64,000 nucleotides of DNA from the NCBI GenBank assembly GCA_905178155.1, contig CAJINV010000006.1, forward strand, positions 688,398-752,397. Direction: 5' to 3'. The DNA comes from Amoebophrya sp. A120 (Eukaryota > Protista > Dinoflagellata). The notes beneath the pieces were generated by a model. The model made no database searches and was not told the origin of the DNA. It worked only from the letters and a program-made list of their open reading frames with translations. Numbering within the stretch: position 1 is the stretch's first letter; every line of letters begins with the position of its first letter. Positions 39,101 to 54,100 of the stretch are shown in pieces. Made by a program: the position numbers and the translations under genes.

Positions 39101-42100
39101 AGTGTACCCGTGCAACCAGCAGCCCTGTCCGATCGACTGCGTCCTCACCGCATGGGTGTTTGACATCGGTATAAATTATTTTGATTCATCTTTTATTGTC
39201 ATGCAGAAACACCTACCTGCAGCTGCATCGCTGCTCTCATGCAGACTGGCCTACTCACTAACCTCTCTTGGTCAAAGTAGCCATTCGTCCGGCATGAAAA
39301 GTAGAAGCGAAATTTTACCATTTTCTCCCGAAGTGGTGTTTTTAGCAAGGCTATTCTGGCTACCCTGCATTACAAATTTCTTTATACTCTCAATGAGGCT
39401 GGTGAAGGGATGTTAGACGAGTGTTGAGCATTCGCTTTCCTCGGGCGCCCTCCGGATCGGCCCCAAAAAGTACCTCCAGGACGATCCCCAAATACTAAGA
39501 ACTAGCCCGCCAGTCTCCTTTTTTTGTATTGCAAAACCCGCATAACAGATGAGGTCTGTCATGCGGGAAACACATGACAGCTAGTGCTTTCCTCGAGCTC
39601 GCACTCCGGATCGGCCCCACAAAGTACCTCCAGGACGATCCCCAAACTAAGAACTAGCCCGGCAGTCTCCTTTTTTCGTTCTTGCAAAACCCGCATGACA
39701 GATGAATGCGAGTAACTAATGCGAATTCTACAACCATGTATCTTCATCTATCAAAATCAAACAGATACCTGTACGAAGAGCTGCGGCGGAGGGTATCCTG
39801 AGTAAAAACGTACCCACACCAGAGTTGTCATGCAGATTTGCCATGACAGGAACATTTGTGATGCGCAACCCCATGACAGGCATTTCCAATCTTGTTTGGG
39901 AACTTGTAATGCTGTAAACAGGATCAGTAGATCGATTTGTGATGCGGCTTTCCTTGCTAACTGGCACTACCTTACGGACTGAAACTTGTCATGCGTGACT
40001 CCTAAAACTCCTAGGCTTGTGTTGCAAAATCCCCATCTTGACTCTGGTGTGGGTACGTTTTTACTCAGGATAGAGGCACGTTGATCCGAACCCGATCCGT
40101 GAAGGTATCAAGAATAAAAATCCCCCCTCCCCATATAAAAACGGAAATCTGTGATGCAGATTTGTGGTCACAAATCAGCTTTGTCATGCTAGAAGGGAAA
40201 AGATGCGGACTCTAGTGCTGGAATGCGTGGGGTGAAAGCTTTGCATCTTCAGCATCACAGGAGGCAGCTGGAAGTGGGAAACAGCATGACAAATTGCCTG
40301 CAAGCGAGGCCACGACTGCGCCTCTTTGCCTTCTAGCAATACAAGTCGATTTGTGTACTCAAATACAGCATCACAAATTTCGTTGTCGATATGGGGAGGG
40401 GGATTTTTCCTTTTGATAGAAGGTGCAAGATGCCCACGGTGGCATTACCTGCGAGTCATTAGGCGTTCTCTCCGAAACCATCGGTTGCAAGCAGCAGGAC
40501 TGCCCGATCGACTGCAAGCTACTCGACTGGCAGCAGGCCAGCGAGTGCAGCATTCCCTGCACGGATACGACCCAACTCGGGTTAAATGTCGACTTCGACC
40601 CGGATAACCCAAGTCACACCGCGCTTGCCACGGGGGGCACCATGAAGTACACCCGGGGGATTGATATCCAGCCAAACGAGTACGGAAAAGCTTGTGAGGC
40701 TTTGGAGAAAACCGAAATTGGCTGTAATAAGGATAAATATTGCCCCATTGACTGCGAAGTCTCTACCTGGGGTACTTGGTCGGAGTGTTCGTTAAGTTGT
40801 GGTGGCGGGGGGGTGAAGAACCGAGCGAGGAGTGTCACTGTGCAGCCGCAGTTTGAAAACGCGGCTCCGTGTCCAGAGTTGGAAGAGACCAACGTGAAAT
40901 GCAAAGAAGATCCGTGTCCGATCGACTGTGTGTTGTCCCCCTGGGAAAACGACCCGGATAATCCAACCTGCTCGAAGACCTGCGGTGATGCTACGCGTTG
41001 CAACACCAGTACCATCGCACTAGTATCAAGTCTGCATGACAAATTTACTCAAAAGAAAAAATGGAAGTTGTGATGCGGAAAGGGGTAAGTGAGTAGATCT
41101 GTCATGTTACACTGCAATTGGTAGTACAAGTGCGATAGAAGTTGTACTTTTTCCTACAATAGGTCAGGGCCTGCAGAAAATGGTCCGGAGGATCGACCAA
41201 TCGCCGAATCACAATGGGAAGGAGTGCGAGAAAACGGAAGTACCCTTGAATTCCGGGAACATGGTTGTGCAATTGCAAAAATCGGTGGAGTGCAACAGAC
41301 ACATCGGCTGTCCGGTGGACTGTGTTTTGTCCAACTGGGTGAATACCGGGGACGGCAGCTGCAGTAAACCTTGTGGTGGCGGCACGTATGAGCGGACGAG
41401 AATGATAACCCAGCCGATGGAGAATGCTGGGAAATCCTGCCTGGAACTGCAAGACGAATTAATCGCAGCTTTAGATGACCCCGCGAAGTACGGGTGGGGA
41501 ACCCAGACAGACGTCGTGTTAAAGCAGAACGTCGCGTGCAACACGCAGCACTGCCCGATTGACTGTAAATTATCTGCCTGGGATAGCGGAACGGAGTGTA
41601 CAAAAACCTGCGGGACGGGGACAAAAACCTTCACGAGAACAATAGAAGTCCACCCTGAGCACAACGGGAAAAAATGCGATGAAGCCTTGACCAGAAACGA
41701 AGCCTGCAACACGGACCCCTGCCCTATTGATTGCGTCTTGAGTGAGTGGACCAATGACAGTAATCCTTGTAGCGAAACCTGCGGGCCGACGGGGAAGCAG
41801 GGCCAAATCCGGTCGGTGGAAACCGCGCCGCAGCACGGCGGGGCGGAATGTGAGGGGGCGGATCAAGCGAATGGCATAGTAGCTTCGCTTTCTCGAGAAG
41901 TATCCTGCAACACGGGCACGAATTGCCCCATCGACTGCGTCGTGACCGACTGGTATCTTGCTATCAAGTGCCCGGTGACGTGTGGGGGGGCGGAAAAGCA
42001 CTTCAAGCGGAACATCACAATAGCACCGGACTTTGGCGGAAAAGAGTGCGGAGAGCTGCACAAAACGGAAGCGTGCGGCACAAAGCCCTGTCCGATCGAC

Positions 42101-45100
42101 TGCGAGATGTCGGATTGGAAAAATGAGGGGGAATGTATCCCATGTAAAAACGTCCCCACCCAATAGTCGAGTTGGGAACTTAGCAACACAAATCTGGAAG
42201 TTTTGGGAGCTACGCATGACAAGTCGCAGTCCGTAGTGTAGTGCAGGTTCGTAAGGACAGCCGCGGCACAAATCCATCAGCTCGTCCTGTTTCCAGCATT
42301 ACAAATCCCAAAACACGACTAGAAATGCTTCTCATCATGGGGACCCGCATTACAAATGTTTCTGTAGATGCAAATCTGCATGACAACTCTGGGTTGGGGA
42401 CGTTTTTGCTCAGGATAGAATGTTCGAAAGACTGCATTCCTATCACCGGTTTCGAAATCGACCCCAACGGCACGTCAAGCCTACTTCCGGTTCTCGGCGA
42501 CCCCGGCACGCAAACCCAAACGAGATTCAAAACCAACGGCGGGGCCAAGCATGGGGGTAACGAGTGTGGAGACGAGACCCAGGAAATCCCGTGTAACGAA
42601 TTCGAGTGCCCGGTGAATTGTGAAGTGTCCGAATGGGTTGATAATGGCAGTTGTTCGGTGAGTTGTGGCGGTGGTCGGAAAACGTTAACGCGAAATGTAA
42701 CGCAAGAAATGTTTTTCAACGGCAAAGCGTGCCCGCAATTGACAAAGGAGGAGGATTGTAACGAGGACGTTTTATGCAAAGATGACTGCGTGTTCTCCCC
42801 ATGGGTTGACGACGCCAACGGCTGCTCGGCGAGTTGTATCGATTCCCAGCAAAACCCGCTCCCCCCGGCTCCAACGAAGCAACAGACCAGAACAGTTACC
42901 AACAGTGACGGAAAAGACACGAGCGCGTGCGGCGCTGTGGCGCGGACGGTGGAGTGCAACGCGGATAAGTTTTGTCCCATTGCCTGTGTGATGTCGGAGT
43001 TATCAACTGCAAAAATCTCTGGGTCTGGAAGAATGCATGTTTGTCATGCTTGTCTGGCATGACTCTTAAATCTGTCATGCACCTTACCCAAAAGCTCCAT
43101 TTTTCTGTGATGCAGAAACGCAGTTTGTCATCCAGAATAGGCAAGAACACCTAGAAGCTCATAAACTTGTCATGCTGCGCCAGCACTTGTGGCCTCATCA
43201 TGAGACGCCACCTAGCATCACAAGTTTCCAGACCCAGACAGTTTTGCAGTGCATAGAAGTGGGAAGATGACGAGAACAACCCAGACTGTTCGAAAACCTG
43301 CGGTATCCTGTGCAAAGGTATCGTACTCGTACTAATTGCAAACATGCATATACAAATCTTGTTCTTACGGTAAATCCGCATTACAGATTTTATTTCTCAT
43401 GCTGAGTCAAAATTTGTACTGCATTTATACGAGGACGATACTTTTGCAATTCATATGCGGCCCAGACGGTTTGTTGAAGCAGGTGCGAAGGAAGACGCAG
43501 CCGGCTCTGCACGGCGGTGCGGCTTGCTATGGATGTGTCAGGATTGAAATCGACCAAATCGAAGAACTTGTGATGCATGAAATGTAGGGCACTGAAAGCT
43601 TGTATTGGGGAGCAGGCAAATGAGACCGATTATGAGCCTGTTTATGGGTATACAATGTGCTGCCAGAGTAGCATGACAGGAGCAGTCTCCTTTGCTCAAA
43701 CAGCATGACAGACTGTATTTGGGTGCTCTCGAAATTTGTCATGCGCCACTTGGAAACTGAGGCTCCAACTGACATCAATTTTGTGCATCGCAAATTTTTC
43801 TACTTTATCAATTTCGATTCTGACACTTCCATACTTGTGATGAAAACGGGATCACGAGTAAGGAAATCAGCTGCAATATCCCTTGTAGAAACGTCCCCAC
43901 CCCAGAGTTGTCATGCAGATTTGCCATGACAGAAACATTTGTGACGCGCAACCCCACAACAGGCATTTTCAATCGTGTTCGGGAACTTGTAATGCTGTAA
44001 ACAGGATACGCAGATCGATTTGTGATGCGGCTTTCCTTGCTAACTTGCACTACCTTACGGACTGCAACTTGTCATGCATGACTCCCAAAAATCCGAGGTT
44101 TGTGTTGCAAAATCCCCATCTTGACTCTGGGGTGGGGACGTTTTTGCTTAGGATATGCAACACCGACATTAACTGTCCTATCGATTGCAAAATGTCAGAG
44201 TGGGTTGATGACGGGACTTGTTCAGAAACTTGTCACGACACAGACAACCCGGATGTCACCCCCTTGCAGAAGCGGAGGAGGGAACACATCGAGGGTCCGG
44301 AATTCAATGGAGCCGCTTGCGACAAAAACGGCACTTTAACGGAATTTGTCCCTTGCAATTTAGCCAAGCCCTGTCCGATCAATTGCGTGGTTACGGACTG
44401 GACGCCTGCGGATTCCGAAATCGACACAGCATGCACCAAAAGCTGCGGACCAGACGGGGTTTTCAAGCAAACCAGGCAAATTACGCGGCAAGCCGCGCAC
44501 GGGGGAACGGCGTGTCCCCGACCTGATGAGTTGGAGATGGAGTCAGAATGCAATCGCCACATCCCCTGCCCCATCGACTGCAAATTATCGGCCTGGGTTC
44601 CGGCGGATATCAACGACGCGCCGTGCAGCCATTCCTGCGGGAGTGCCGGGGTTCGAATTCGCACCCGGTCGGTTGCTGTGCAGGGGAAACACGGTGGGGA
44701 TGAGACTTGCAAGGACGAGCCGCTCGAAGAATCATTCGCGTGCAAGCCCGAGGACTCCCAGCCCTGCCCGGTGCACTGCGAACTTTCCCAGTGGGTGTCG
44801 GACACTGACGGCTGCACAGCAACGTGCGGCGGCGGAACTCTTCGCCGGGAGCGGATGATCACGACGGCTCCCTTGCACGGTGGTATCCCGTGCGAAACCG
44901 ACCCGGAACAGCCGAACAGCGTTGACCCCTGGTTGGTGCACTTGCAGCCTTGCGGGGAAAAGCCCTGTCCGGTAGACTGCGAGTTGTCTGAATGGGAGGA
45001 TAACGGCCCGTGCGACAAAACCTGCGGTGGCGGGGTGAAACCAAGGAAAATATCAAAAGGAAAAATCCCCCTTCCCCATATCGAAAACGAAATTTGTGAT

Positions 45101-48100
45101 GCTGTACTTATTTGAGTACACAAATCGACTTGTAATGCGCAAGACCAAGAGACGCAGCTGTGGCCTCGTTTGCAGGCAATTTGTCATGCTGTTTCCCACT
45201 TCCAGCTGCCCCCTGTCATGCTGAAGATGCAAGGCTTTCCCACGCCAACCAGCACTACAGTCCGAATCTTTTCCCCTCTAGCGTGACAAATTTGTGGCCA
45301 CAAATCTGCGTCACAAATTTCTAGTTTGAGTATGGGGTGGGGGGATTTTTCATTTTGATAGAAAAGAGAGGTGACGCAAATAGCGTTGCATGGCGGGAAA
45401 ACCTGCGAGGAAGTGCATCAAGACACGACGGACGGAACAACGGCGGGACTGGTGTATAGTCTCGAGCACAACGCAGTTTGCGAAACAGATCCTTGTCCGG
45501 TCGATTGCCAAGTTTCCGAGTGGACGGTGACGAAAACCTGTTCCGTGATTTGTAACGAAAACATCGACTCAAACGGCGACTCGGGTGGTTTCCTGGTCAA
45601 GGAGCGCACAGTCCAGCAAGAGGCGGCAAACGGCGGGCAAGCGTGCCCTAAATTGTCGGAAACAATCGAGAACTGCAACAACGACAAGGGCTGTCCGAAA
45701 GAATGTGAATTAACCGACTGGCAGGACGACGGGAATGGGTGTTCGGCTGACTGTGTGCCGGTGGATTTGGAAACGGGAGTGCCCCTGGACATGACTTTTC
45801 AGGGGGAGAGAAGGTATCCTGTGCAAAAGCATCGTACTCGTAGTAATCGTAATCATGCATTACAAATTTCCATCCCAAGGTAAAACAGCACGACAAATTC
45901 CATTTGTCATGCTGACCGAATTTGTAATGCGATTTCTACTAGTACGATGCTTTTGCAATGCATAGAACGAAAGTTCGCGCGATCCTGAACGAGGCGAAAT
46001 ACGGGGGAACGGAATGTTCTTCGTTCGAACTGGAAAAAACTATTCCCGGCTGCCAACCGCCGCTGAATTTTTGCCCCGTGGACTGCGTGCTTGCGGAGTG
46101 GGCGATTGGGTCGGATGCCTCCTGCTCCGTCGCGTGCGGGGGCAGTGGGGAGATCACGGAGAAAAGGGATATCAAATGCAAAAATGTCTGGGTCTGGAAG
46201 GTTGGAGCTTGTGATGCTAACCTTGGACTCTAAAAAAATCTGTATTGCATGACCAGCAGGACAAGTCTCGTTTATGCTACGCGGGGAGGGCATTTGTCAC
46301 GCGGAATAGGCATCAGGGAGCCCTCTAAAGATCTGTGATGCTAGGTCATGCATAATACAGACATCCTGGGTCATGCACAATATGCATGACAAACCCGGCA
46401 ATATTCCAGACCCAGACATTTTTGCATTTGATAAGGGAAATCCTTCGCCACCCCCGGAACGGCGGAAATCAATGTGCGACCCCGCATATCCTGTGCAAAA
46501 GTATCGTACTCGTAGTAATTGCGATCATGCAAAACAAATTTTTATCTCAAGGTAAATCCGCATGACAAATTTTATTTCACATGCTGAGGAAATTTGTCAT
46601 GCATTTCTACGAGTGCGATACTTTTGCAGTTCATACCGCAAACGCGCCCGGCGGCTTGTCCAGCCCAGCACGAGTGTCCGGTGGACTGTGTTTTGTCCGA
46701 GTGGAATTCCTGGGAACCCTGTACGAAAACTTGCGATGGGGGATACAGAAAACGAACCAGGACAATTGTACACAATCCAGACCACGGGGGCAGGGCTTGT
46801 GAGAATTTGATGGAAACGGAAGAGTGTACCAATTCTGCTTGTAACCCAGACTGTTCCTTCACGGAGTGGAGTGGAGATGCGACTCAAGGTTGCAGCGGTA
46901 GTTGTGGTGACGGAAACACGTTTACCAGGAGTAGAAGTTTACTATCAGCTTCACCAGGTACCGATCCCGCCGACTGCGGCTCTCTCACCGACACAGCCCC
47001 TTGCCAGGAAAGCCCCTGTCCGATCGACTGTGAACTAGGCGAATGGGGACAATTTGGGGACTGTTCGGAAACTTGCTACGACAGCGAACTAGACCAACAA
47101 GAGTTGACAGCGAACTGGGATTCTGTCCGGACGCGCACCAGACCCGTGAAGGTCCGCGCGGCGTTTGGAGGAAATTCTTGTCCGAGCACTGTGAGTGAGA
47201 TGGACCAGTATGAAGAGACCGAAATCTGTCAGAAAGACACCGACGTTCCGCCCTGTCCGATCGACTGCGTAGTCGCGGATCAGTGGACACTGGTGGATCC
47301 AAGCGCTACCTGCTCGACCACTTGTGGTGCCGATATGCAATACAACTTTCCCGTGCACGACGTACAAAATGCATCACAAATCTCGCCTAGCTAGACCATA
47401 TGCCACTTGTCATGCTGAACACGATTGAGGGAACGTTTTGTCATGCAGAAGCTGCATTTATCTTTGTACGTGAACGTCGTGTACGGGAGAATTTTTTCTG
47501 TCAATAGCCGACGGCGTTGTCGAACAGGAGAGGAAAACGCTCGTTGCCCCGCAATTCGAGAATGCATTAGAATGCCCAGCGGAGGAGGACTTGAAGCGAA
47601 GTGTGAAGTTATGAGAGTGTACAACTCCCCCTCGTCCCCCTTATTTGTCATGCAAAGTACCGAATCCAATTGCTGCCTTGTGGCACTGTTTGCATGACAA
47701 ATTCCCGAAGCCCAACCAGTACTACACTAGGCACGTGAACTTGTCATGCACCGGCCCCACCTGTGCTGGTGTTTGTATTGCTGTTCATGCCATACAAATG
47801 AGGGGGAGGGGGAGTTGTGCACTCTCATACAAGTGCAACAGTCCGAATTCGTTACTACCGGAGCAATATCAAATGTAAAAATGTCTGGGTCTGCAAGAAT
47901 CCGAACTTGTGATGCTGCATTTGGATTCCAAAAAAATCTGCATTGCATGAGTACCAAAGGGAATGCAATTTCTGCTACGCTGAGAAGGCATTTGTCATGC
48001 GGAATAGGCATCAAGAAGCCCTCCAAAAATCTGTATTGCTAGGGTATGCATCACAGACATCATGGCTCATGCAAAACGTGCATGACAAGTGTCAGAATCT

Positions 48101-51100
48101 TCCAGACCCAGACATTTTTACATTTGATAAGCAAACAGATCCGGAAACAAACGACGTGATTCCATACAACTTACCCTGTCCAATAGACTGTGTGTTGCAC
48201 GAATGGGCGGATGACATTTACCACACTTGTGACCAAAAGACCTGCTGGACGGCGGCGGAGCAGGAAGCGCGAACAGCGGGTGAAAACAGCACAAACAGCA
48301 CATCCTCTTCCTCCCAACTGACGAAGCACCAGCACCGCGCCATCAAAGTCAACGGGCAGTTTGGCGGGGTCGAGTGTCCTATCAAATGCCAAAGTGTCTG
48401 GGTCTGGAAGAATGCGAGCTGTGTCATGCTAGTCTGGCACGACTCTTAAATCTGTCATGCACGACGTTACCCAAGAGCCCCATTTTGCTGTCATGCAGAA
48501 ACGCAGTTTGTCATGCAGAATAGGCAACACCAAGAAGCTCAAAAGCTTGTCATGCTGAGCCAGCACTTGTGGCCTCTTCATGATACGCCACCCAGCATCA
48601 CAAGTTTCCAGACCCAGACATTTTTACAATCCATATGCCCGGCCGCGGATTCGGAAGAACGGGAGAGAATTGTGGACTGCGACTTGGACCACTTGCCCAT
48701 ATGCATTGCAAATATGTCTGGGTCTGGAAGAGTCTAACTTGTCATGCTATATCTGGATCGTGGAAAAATTTGTGTTGCATGATTACCAAAAGAGGTCCAC
48801 TTTTGAACAAGTTTAGGGGCAGGTTCTCATGCAGGAAAGGCATGATAGAGATCTGACAGAACCTGTCATGCTAGGCCGTGCATGCCAGACCGCGTGGGTC
48901 ATGGAAACCCTGCATGACAAGCCTAGCACTCTTCCAGACCCAGACATTTTTGCATTTGATAGCCCACCTGTCCAATCGATTGCGTCTTGTCGAATTGGCA
49001 CGACGAACCAAATGCCGTGTGTTCCGCGACCTGCGGCCCCACCGGGCGGTATCGGCGGGTGCGGGAAATTTTGGTACAGCCACAGGGGGAACTGGCGAAA
49101 ACGTGTTTATATGCACTGCAAAAGGATCGCTCTCGTACTAATTGCAATAAATGCATGACAAATCGCCCGTCTTAGACAGATCAGCATTACAAATTTCATA
49201 GTCTTGTTTGGGAAAAAATTGTATATTCGATTCATACTTAGTACGGTGCTTTTGCAAGGCATAGCTTGGAAGTAGCCCCCACGACAACCTCCACTAGTTC
49301 CACTTCAGCGGAGGTGGTTGTGCCGACCCCGAGCCCTGGAGGAAGTAGTAGTACCACCGGCAACCCTCTTTTCCCGACCCCGAGTCCGAGTCCGAGTGGG
49401 GGCGGAATTCCAGTATTTCCGAATCCGACTCCGGGTGGGGGCGGATTTCCGGTAATCCCAACTCCTGGACCTGCCAGCACCCTTTTTCCCGGTCAGCCCG
49501 TCACCACGTATCCTGAGTAAAAACGTCCCGACCCTAGAGTTGTCATGCAAATCTGCATGCCTAAAAACATTTTAAAAATGTTTCTCATGCGCAACCCCAT
49601 GAGCAGCGCGACTTTCTCACACTGTCTGGTACTTTGTCATGCGCTAGTCAGGATAGGGAGCTGGATTTGTGATGCGACTTTACTAGCCAATAAACACCAC
49701 TACACTAGAGACCCAAACTTGTCATGCGCAACAGCCAAAACTTGCTAACTTGTGTAGCACGAATCCCATCTTGACTCTTGGGTGGGGACGTTTTTACACA
49801 CGAGACCACGCCACCACCCTTCACGTGGGCGCCCGCGTTCCCCGTTGTTACAACGCAAGCACCAGTATGACAGTGCACAACCTCCCCTCCCCCTCATTTG
49901 TATGGCATGAACAGCAACACAAGCAACAGCAGAAAAGGGGCTTTCGCATGACAAATCTTCATGCGGATTGTTGTACTTCTTGACGTTCCAAAATTTGTCA
50001 TGCTAGCAGTGCTTACGAGCAAGATAGGAATTTGGTACTTTGCATGACAAATGAGGGGGAGTGGGAGTTGTGCACTGTCATAACCCGGCGGGGGAATTCC
50101 GCAGCCCGAAGCGCCCCCCGTGCGAACCACGCCACCGGCGAACACGTGGACGCCAGTGGAGACGCTTTCGACGTTCCCGCCGATTCCGCAGCCGGAAGGA
50201 CCCCCGCCGGTTAACACGCCAGCGCCGTTCACATGGACGCCATCTTTTCTACAGCTGGAAGCTTTGATGTCTCGCCGCGACGATCCAGCTGCTTCGACGG
50301 TGTGGTTGGAAGAACTCGTCCCCTGTAACACGGAGATCCAGTGCGAAACAGATGTCGACGGAGGTGGTGGTCTCACCATTTCCCCCACGCCTGACCAGAC
50401 TAACGGAACAACTTCGGGGGGGGGAGATGATGATGCAGGCGGTACAAATACATCTCAAACTCCCCTGTCTAATTCAGCGACGAAAGGACCGGAGGCCCAG
50501 CAGCAGCAAGTGTCGGAAATCGTGTTTAGCAACGACATATCAAATGGAAATATGTCCGGGTCTGGGAGGATGCGAGGTTTGTCATGCTTGTCTGGTATAA
50601 CTGAAGAGTTTGTGATGCGTGTCCAAGAAGAGACCCTTTTTCTTGTCAGGCAGAAATAACGCAGATTGTCATGCGGAAACTGCAACGCTAAGCAGCGCAG
50701 ATATTTCTCATGCTTGGCTGTGCATTAGTACAGAGCATTCACTATTCCCAACCCAGCATTACAAGTTTCCAGACCCAGATATGTTTGCAGTTGATACGAC
50801 ACCAGGGGCTTGGAAGAGGGCGGTGAAGAAGAGGGCACAGAAGATGAGTCGAACACTATCAAAAGAAAAAATCCCCCCTCCTCATATCAAAATGAAGTTT
50901 ATCATGCTGGATTTGCGTACACAAATCAGATTTGTCTTGCTGGCGAGGACTGCAGGCCCAGATGAAGCCTGAGTAGACAGGTTTTGGCCTAGGCACTTAG
51001 CATGACGCACGTCTACGCTGTAGGAGCAACAGCATGACAAACCGCCTGTAGAATGCGGCGGAGCCTGTAGAGTTGCCGCCATGCAACACAGAGCCGATTT

Positions 51101-54100
51101 GTGGTCACAAATCAGCTATACAAATTTTCGAAATGCACGTACCTGGTCAATATGGGGAGGGGGGATTTTTCCTCGCGATAAACACGGCCCTCGACGCCGA
51201 TGACACCGAATGCAACCCTATCCTGTGTTAAAACGTCCCCACCTCATAGTCGGGATTGGAAATCTGCTAGACAAATCAGCCAGCTTTGGTTGTTGCGCAT
51301 GACGCGTTTGGCCTTGTAGTGTCTGTCATCCTGTTGAGGTAGTTAAGAAGCAGCACAGATCTAGCATATCGTGCTGACTATAGCATCACAAATTCCAAAA
51401 CGCGACTAGGGAATGCTTGTCATGGGGCTCCGCATGAGAAACATTCTGGGCATGCAAAATTGCATGACAACTATGTTGCGGCTGGGACGTTTTTACACAG
51501 GATAAACCCGGTGCTGATTCTCGTCGCACTTTTAGTGATTGGGCTACTCGCCCTCGCTGGTGTCTACTTTATGTTCAAGGAATTCTTCTTTCCATCGTCT
51601 TCATCTCCAACTGCTGCGCCATCAAACGCTTCGCCGCGATCCTCCGGACAAGACGCTCAAAAGAAAAACAAGAAGCGACTACCAGGAAGGCAGGAGAAGG
51701 CGGCCAATTTGCAGGCGGAATCTTTACTCGCCGGACAAACCGCCGTGCCAGAGAAAGCGCTTCTGTCCGCGGGCTTTTCCTATCAAATGCAAAAATGTCT
51801 GGGTCTGCAAGGTTGGAACTTGTCATGCTAAATCTGAATCACGCAAAAACCTGTGTTGCATGATTACCAAACGCTGCCCACTCTTGATCAAGTCGAGAGG
51901 TAGTTTCTCATGCGGGATAGGCATGATAGTGATCTCACGGAACCTTTCATGCTAGGTCCTCCATTACAGATCATATGGGTCATGGAAAACCTGCATGACA
52001 AGGCAAGCAAAGTTCCAGACCCAAACATTTTTGCAGTTGATATTTCCCCCGGCTACGCCAAAAAGGCTGCGAAACAGATCGCGAAAGCCGACGAACTACC
52101 AAAAGATGCTACATTAAGTAAGCCGGACAGCGACGCGGATAGGAAACTGTTAAAAAAATTGCACAAGAAGATCAACAAACAAAAGATCAAAGACGCGGAA
52201 GAAGCCGGGGAAGAAGAGGTATCGAATGTAAAAGTGTCTGGGTCTGGAAGAATGCAACTTGTCATGCTAAATCTGCAGCATACAAAAAGCTGTGTTGCAT
52301 GATTACCAAAAGTCGTCCAGTTTTGACCAAGTCGGGAGGCAGTTTCTCATGAAGGATAGGCATTAGAAAGGTCTCGCAGAATCTGTCATGCTAGCTCCGG
52401 CATTCCAGACCTCATGGGTCATGGAAAAGCAGCATGACAAATCGCGCATTCTTCCAGACCCAGACATTTTTACACTTGATAGGAGGTGGAGATAAGCAAA
52501 ACGCCGACTATTTCCGAGGTGAAACATTACCTCGCGGAAAAAGTGAAGGAGCAACTCGGCCAGGATTTTCTCTTAGAAGCGACGGAGAAGGTAGAGAAAT
52601 TAGACGTCGCAACAATGTATCAATTGCAAAAATGTCTGGGTCTGAAAGGTTGGAGCTTGTGATGCTAACTCTGGACTCTAAAAAAATCTGTGTTGCATGA
52701 TCAGCAAGAGGAGTCTAGTTTGTGCTACGCGGGGAGGGGCATACATTTGTCATGCGGATGAGGCAGCAGGAAGCCCTCCAAAAATCCGTGATGCTAGGTC
52801 ATGCATTACAAACAGCCTGGGTCATGCAAAATATGCATGACAAACACAAACCCGGCAACATTCCAGACCCAGACATTTTTGCATTTGATACAATGGAAAA
52901 AATGCTCCTCTCCCAGGGGTTCAGTCCGGGTACAGCGAAAAAGCTCGCTCCGATTATGACCTGCTCAAACGTTACAATCTCAAACGTTACAATAGAGTTT
53001 GGATTTTGTGTTGCATGACGAGCATGACAGACTCGGACAGCATTCCACTTTCTGCAAGACAGATTTATTCGCCAGATTGCAGTGCGGTTTGGGACTCCGG
53101 AACTTGTCATGCGCAACCCGATGAGACTTGACTACATAATGCACCTCCTGCATCTTCACAGATTTCGATATTCTATTGTAAGGTTTGAGATCATTGTAAC
53201 ACCTGAGCAGGTTATACCGATTATTCAGGAAAAAATGGTGGTGAAGGAGAAGGACAAGGTAGAAAAGCCGAGGTCTTCTGCCGCTTTGGCCGAGGGCGTT
53301 CCGGAAGAGGCCGGTGCGTATCAAAAGTAAAAATGTCTGGGTCTGGAAAAGTGTAAACTTGTCATGCAGATTTTCCATGATCCATGAGGTCTGGAATGCG
53401 GGACTTAGCATGACAGACTCTGCGAGGTCTCTGCCATGCCTATCCTGCATGACAAACTCCCTTCCAACTTGGTCAAAAGTGGACAGCTTTTGGCACTCAT
53501 GCAACACAGATTTTTGCATGCTTCAGTTTTACCATGACAAGTTGCATTCTTCCAGACCCAGACATTTTTACACTTGATAGTGCGGTCGCCGGGGAGCACG
53601 AAGTCGTCGTCGCGCCGCTTTTATCCTTTGCAAAAGTATTAGTAGTAATTGCATTTATGCATTACAAATCTTTTTCGCAAGGTAAATCCGCATCACAAAT
53701 TTTATCTCTCATGCTGAGGAAATTTGTAATGCATTTTTATACAAGAGTATCGGATACTACTTTTGCAGTTCATAGCTTTTCACCCCTGCGGAGATTATGA
53801 ATGTGAAAAAATCGATCTGGGACAGGAAGATAATTCTGAGACTTGTCATAGTCATACACGTTTATTTGCATGAGCAGCCATGACGTGGTCTGTGATGCAT
53901 GCCCTAGCATCTACTTCACAGTTTTTTTGAGGGATTCTCGATACCTATTTTTCCGCATGTTGACAAATGCCCCTACTGCCGCGTAGCAAAAATGAGAATT
54001 TTCCTTTTGCTGGTCATGCAACACAAATTTTTTAGACATCCAAATGCAGCATCACAAGTTGCATTCTTCCAGGGATTTTTGCAATCCATACAGATTGCGA

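Noticed and set aside
29530-45123. Long minus-strand ORFs (e.g. 29530-30165, 42210-42980, 44233-45123)
   Set aside because: Antisense shadows of GC-rich TSP1 exons (QSIGQG is the reverse of CPIDC).
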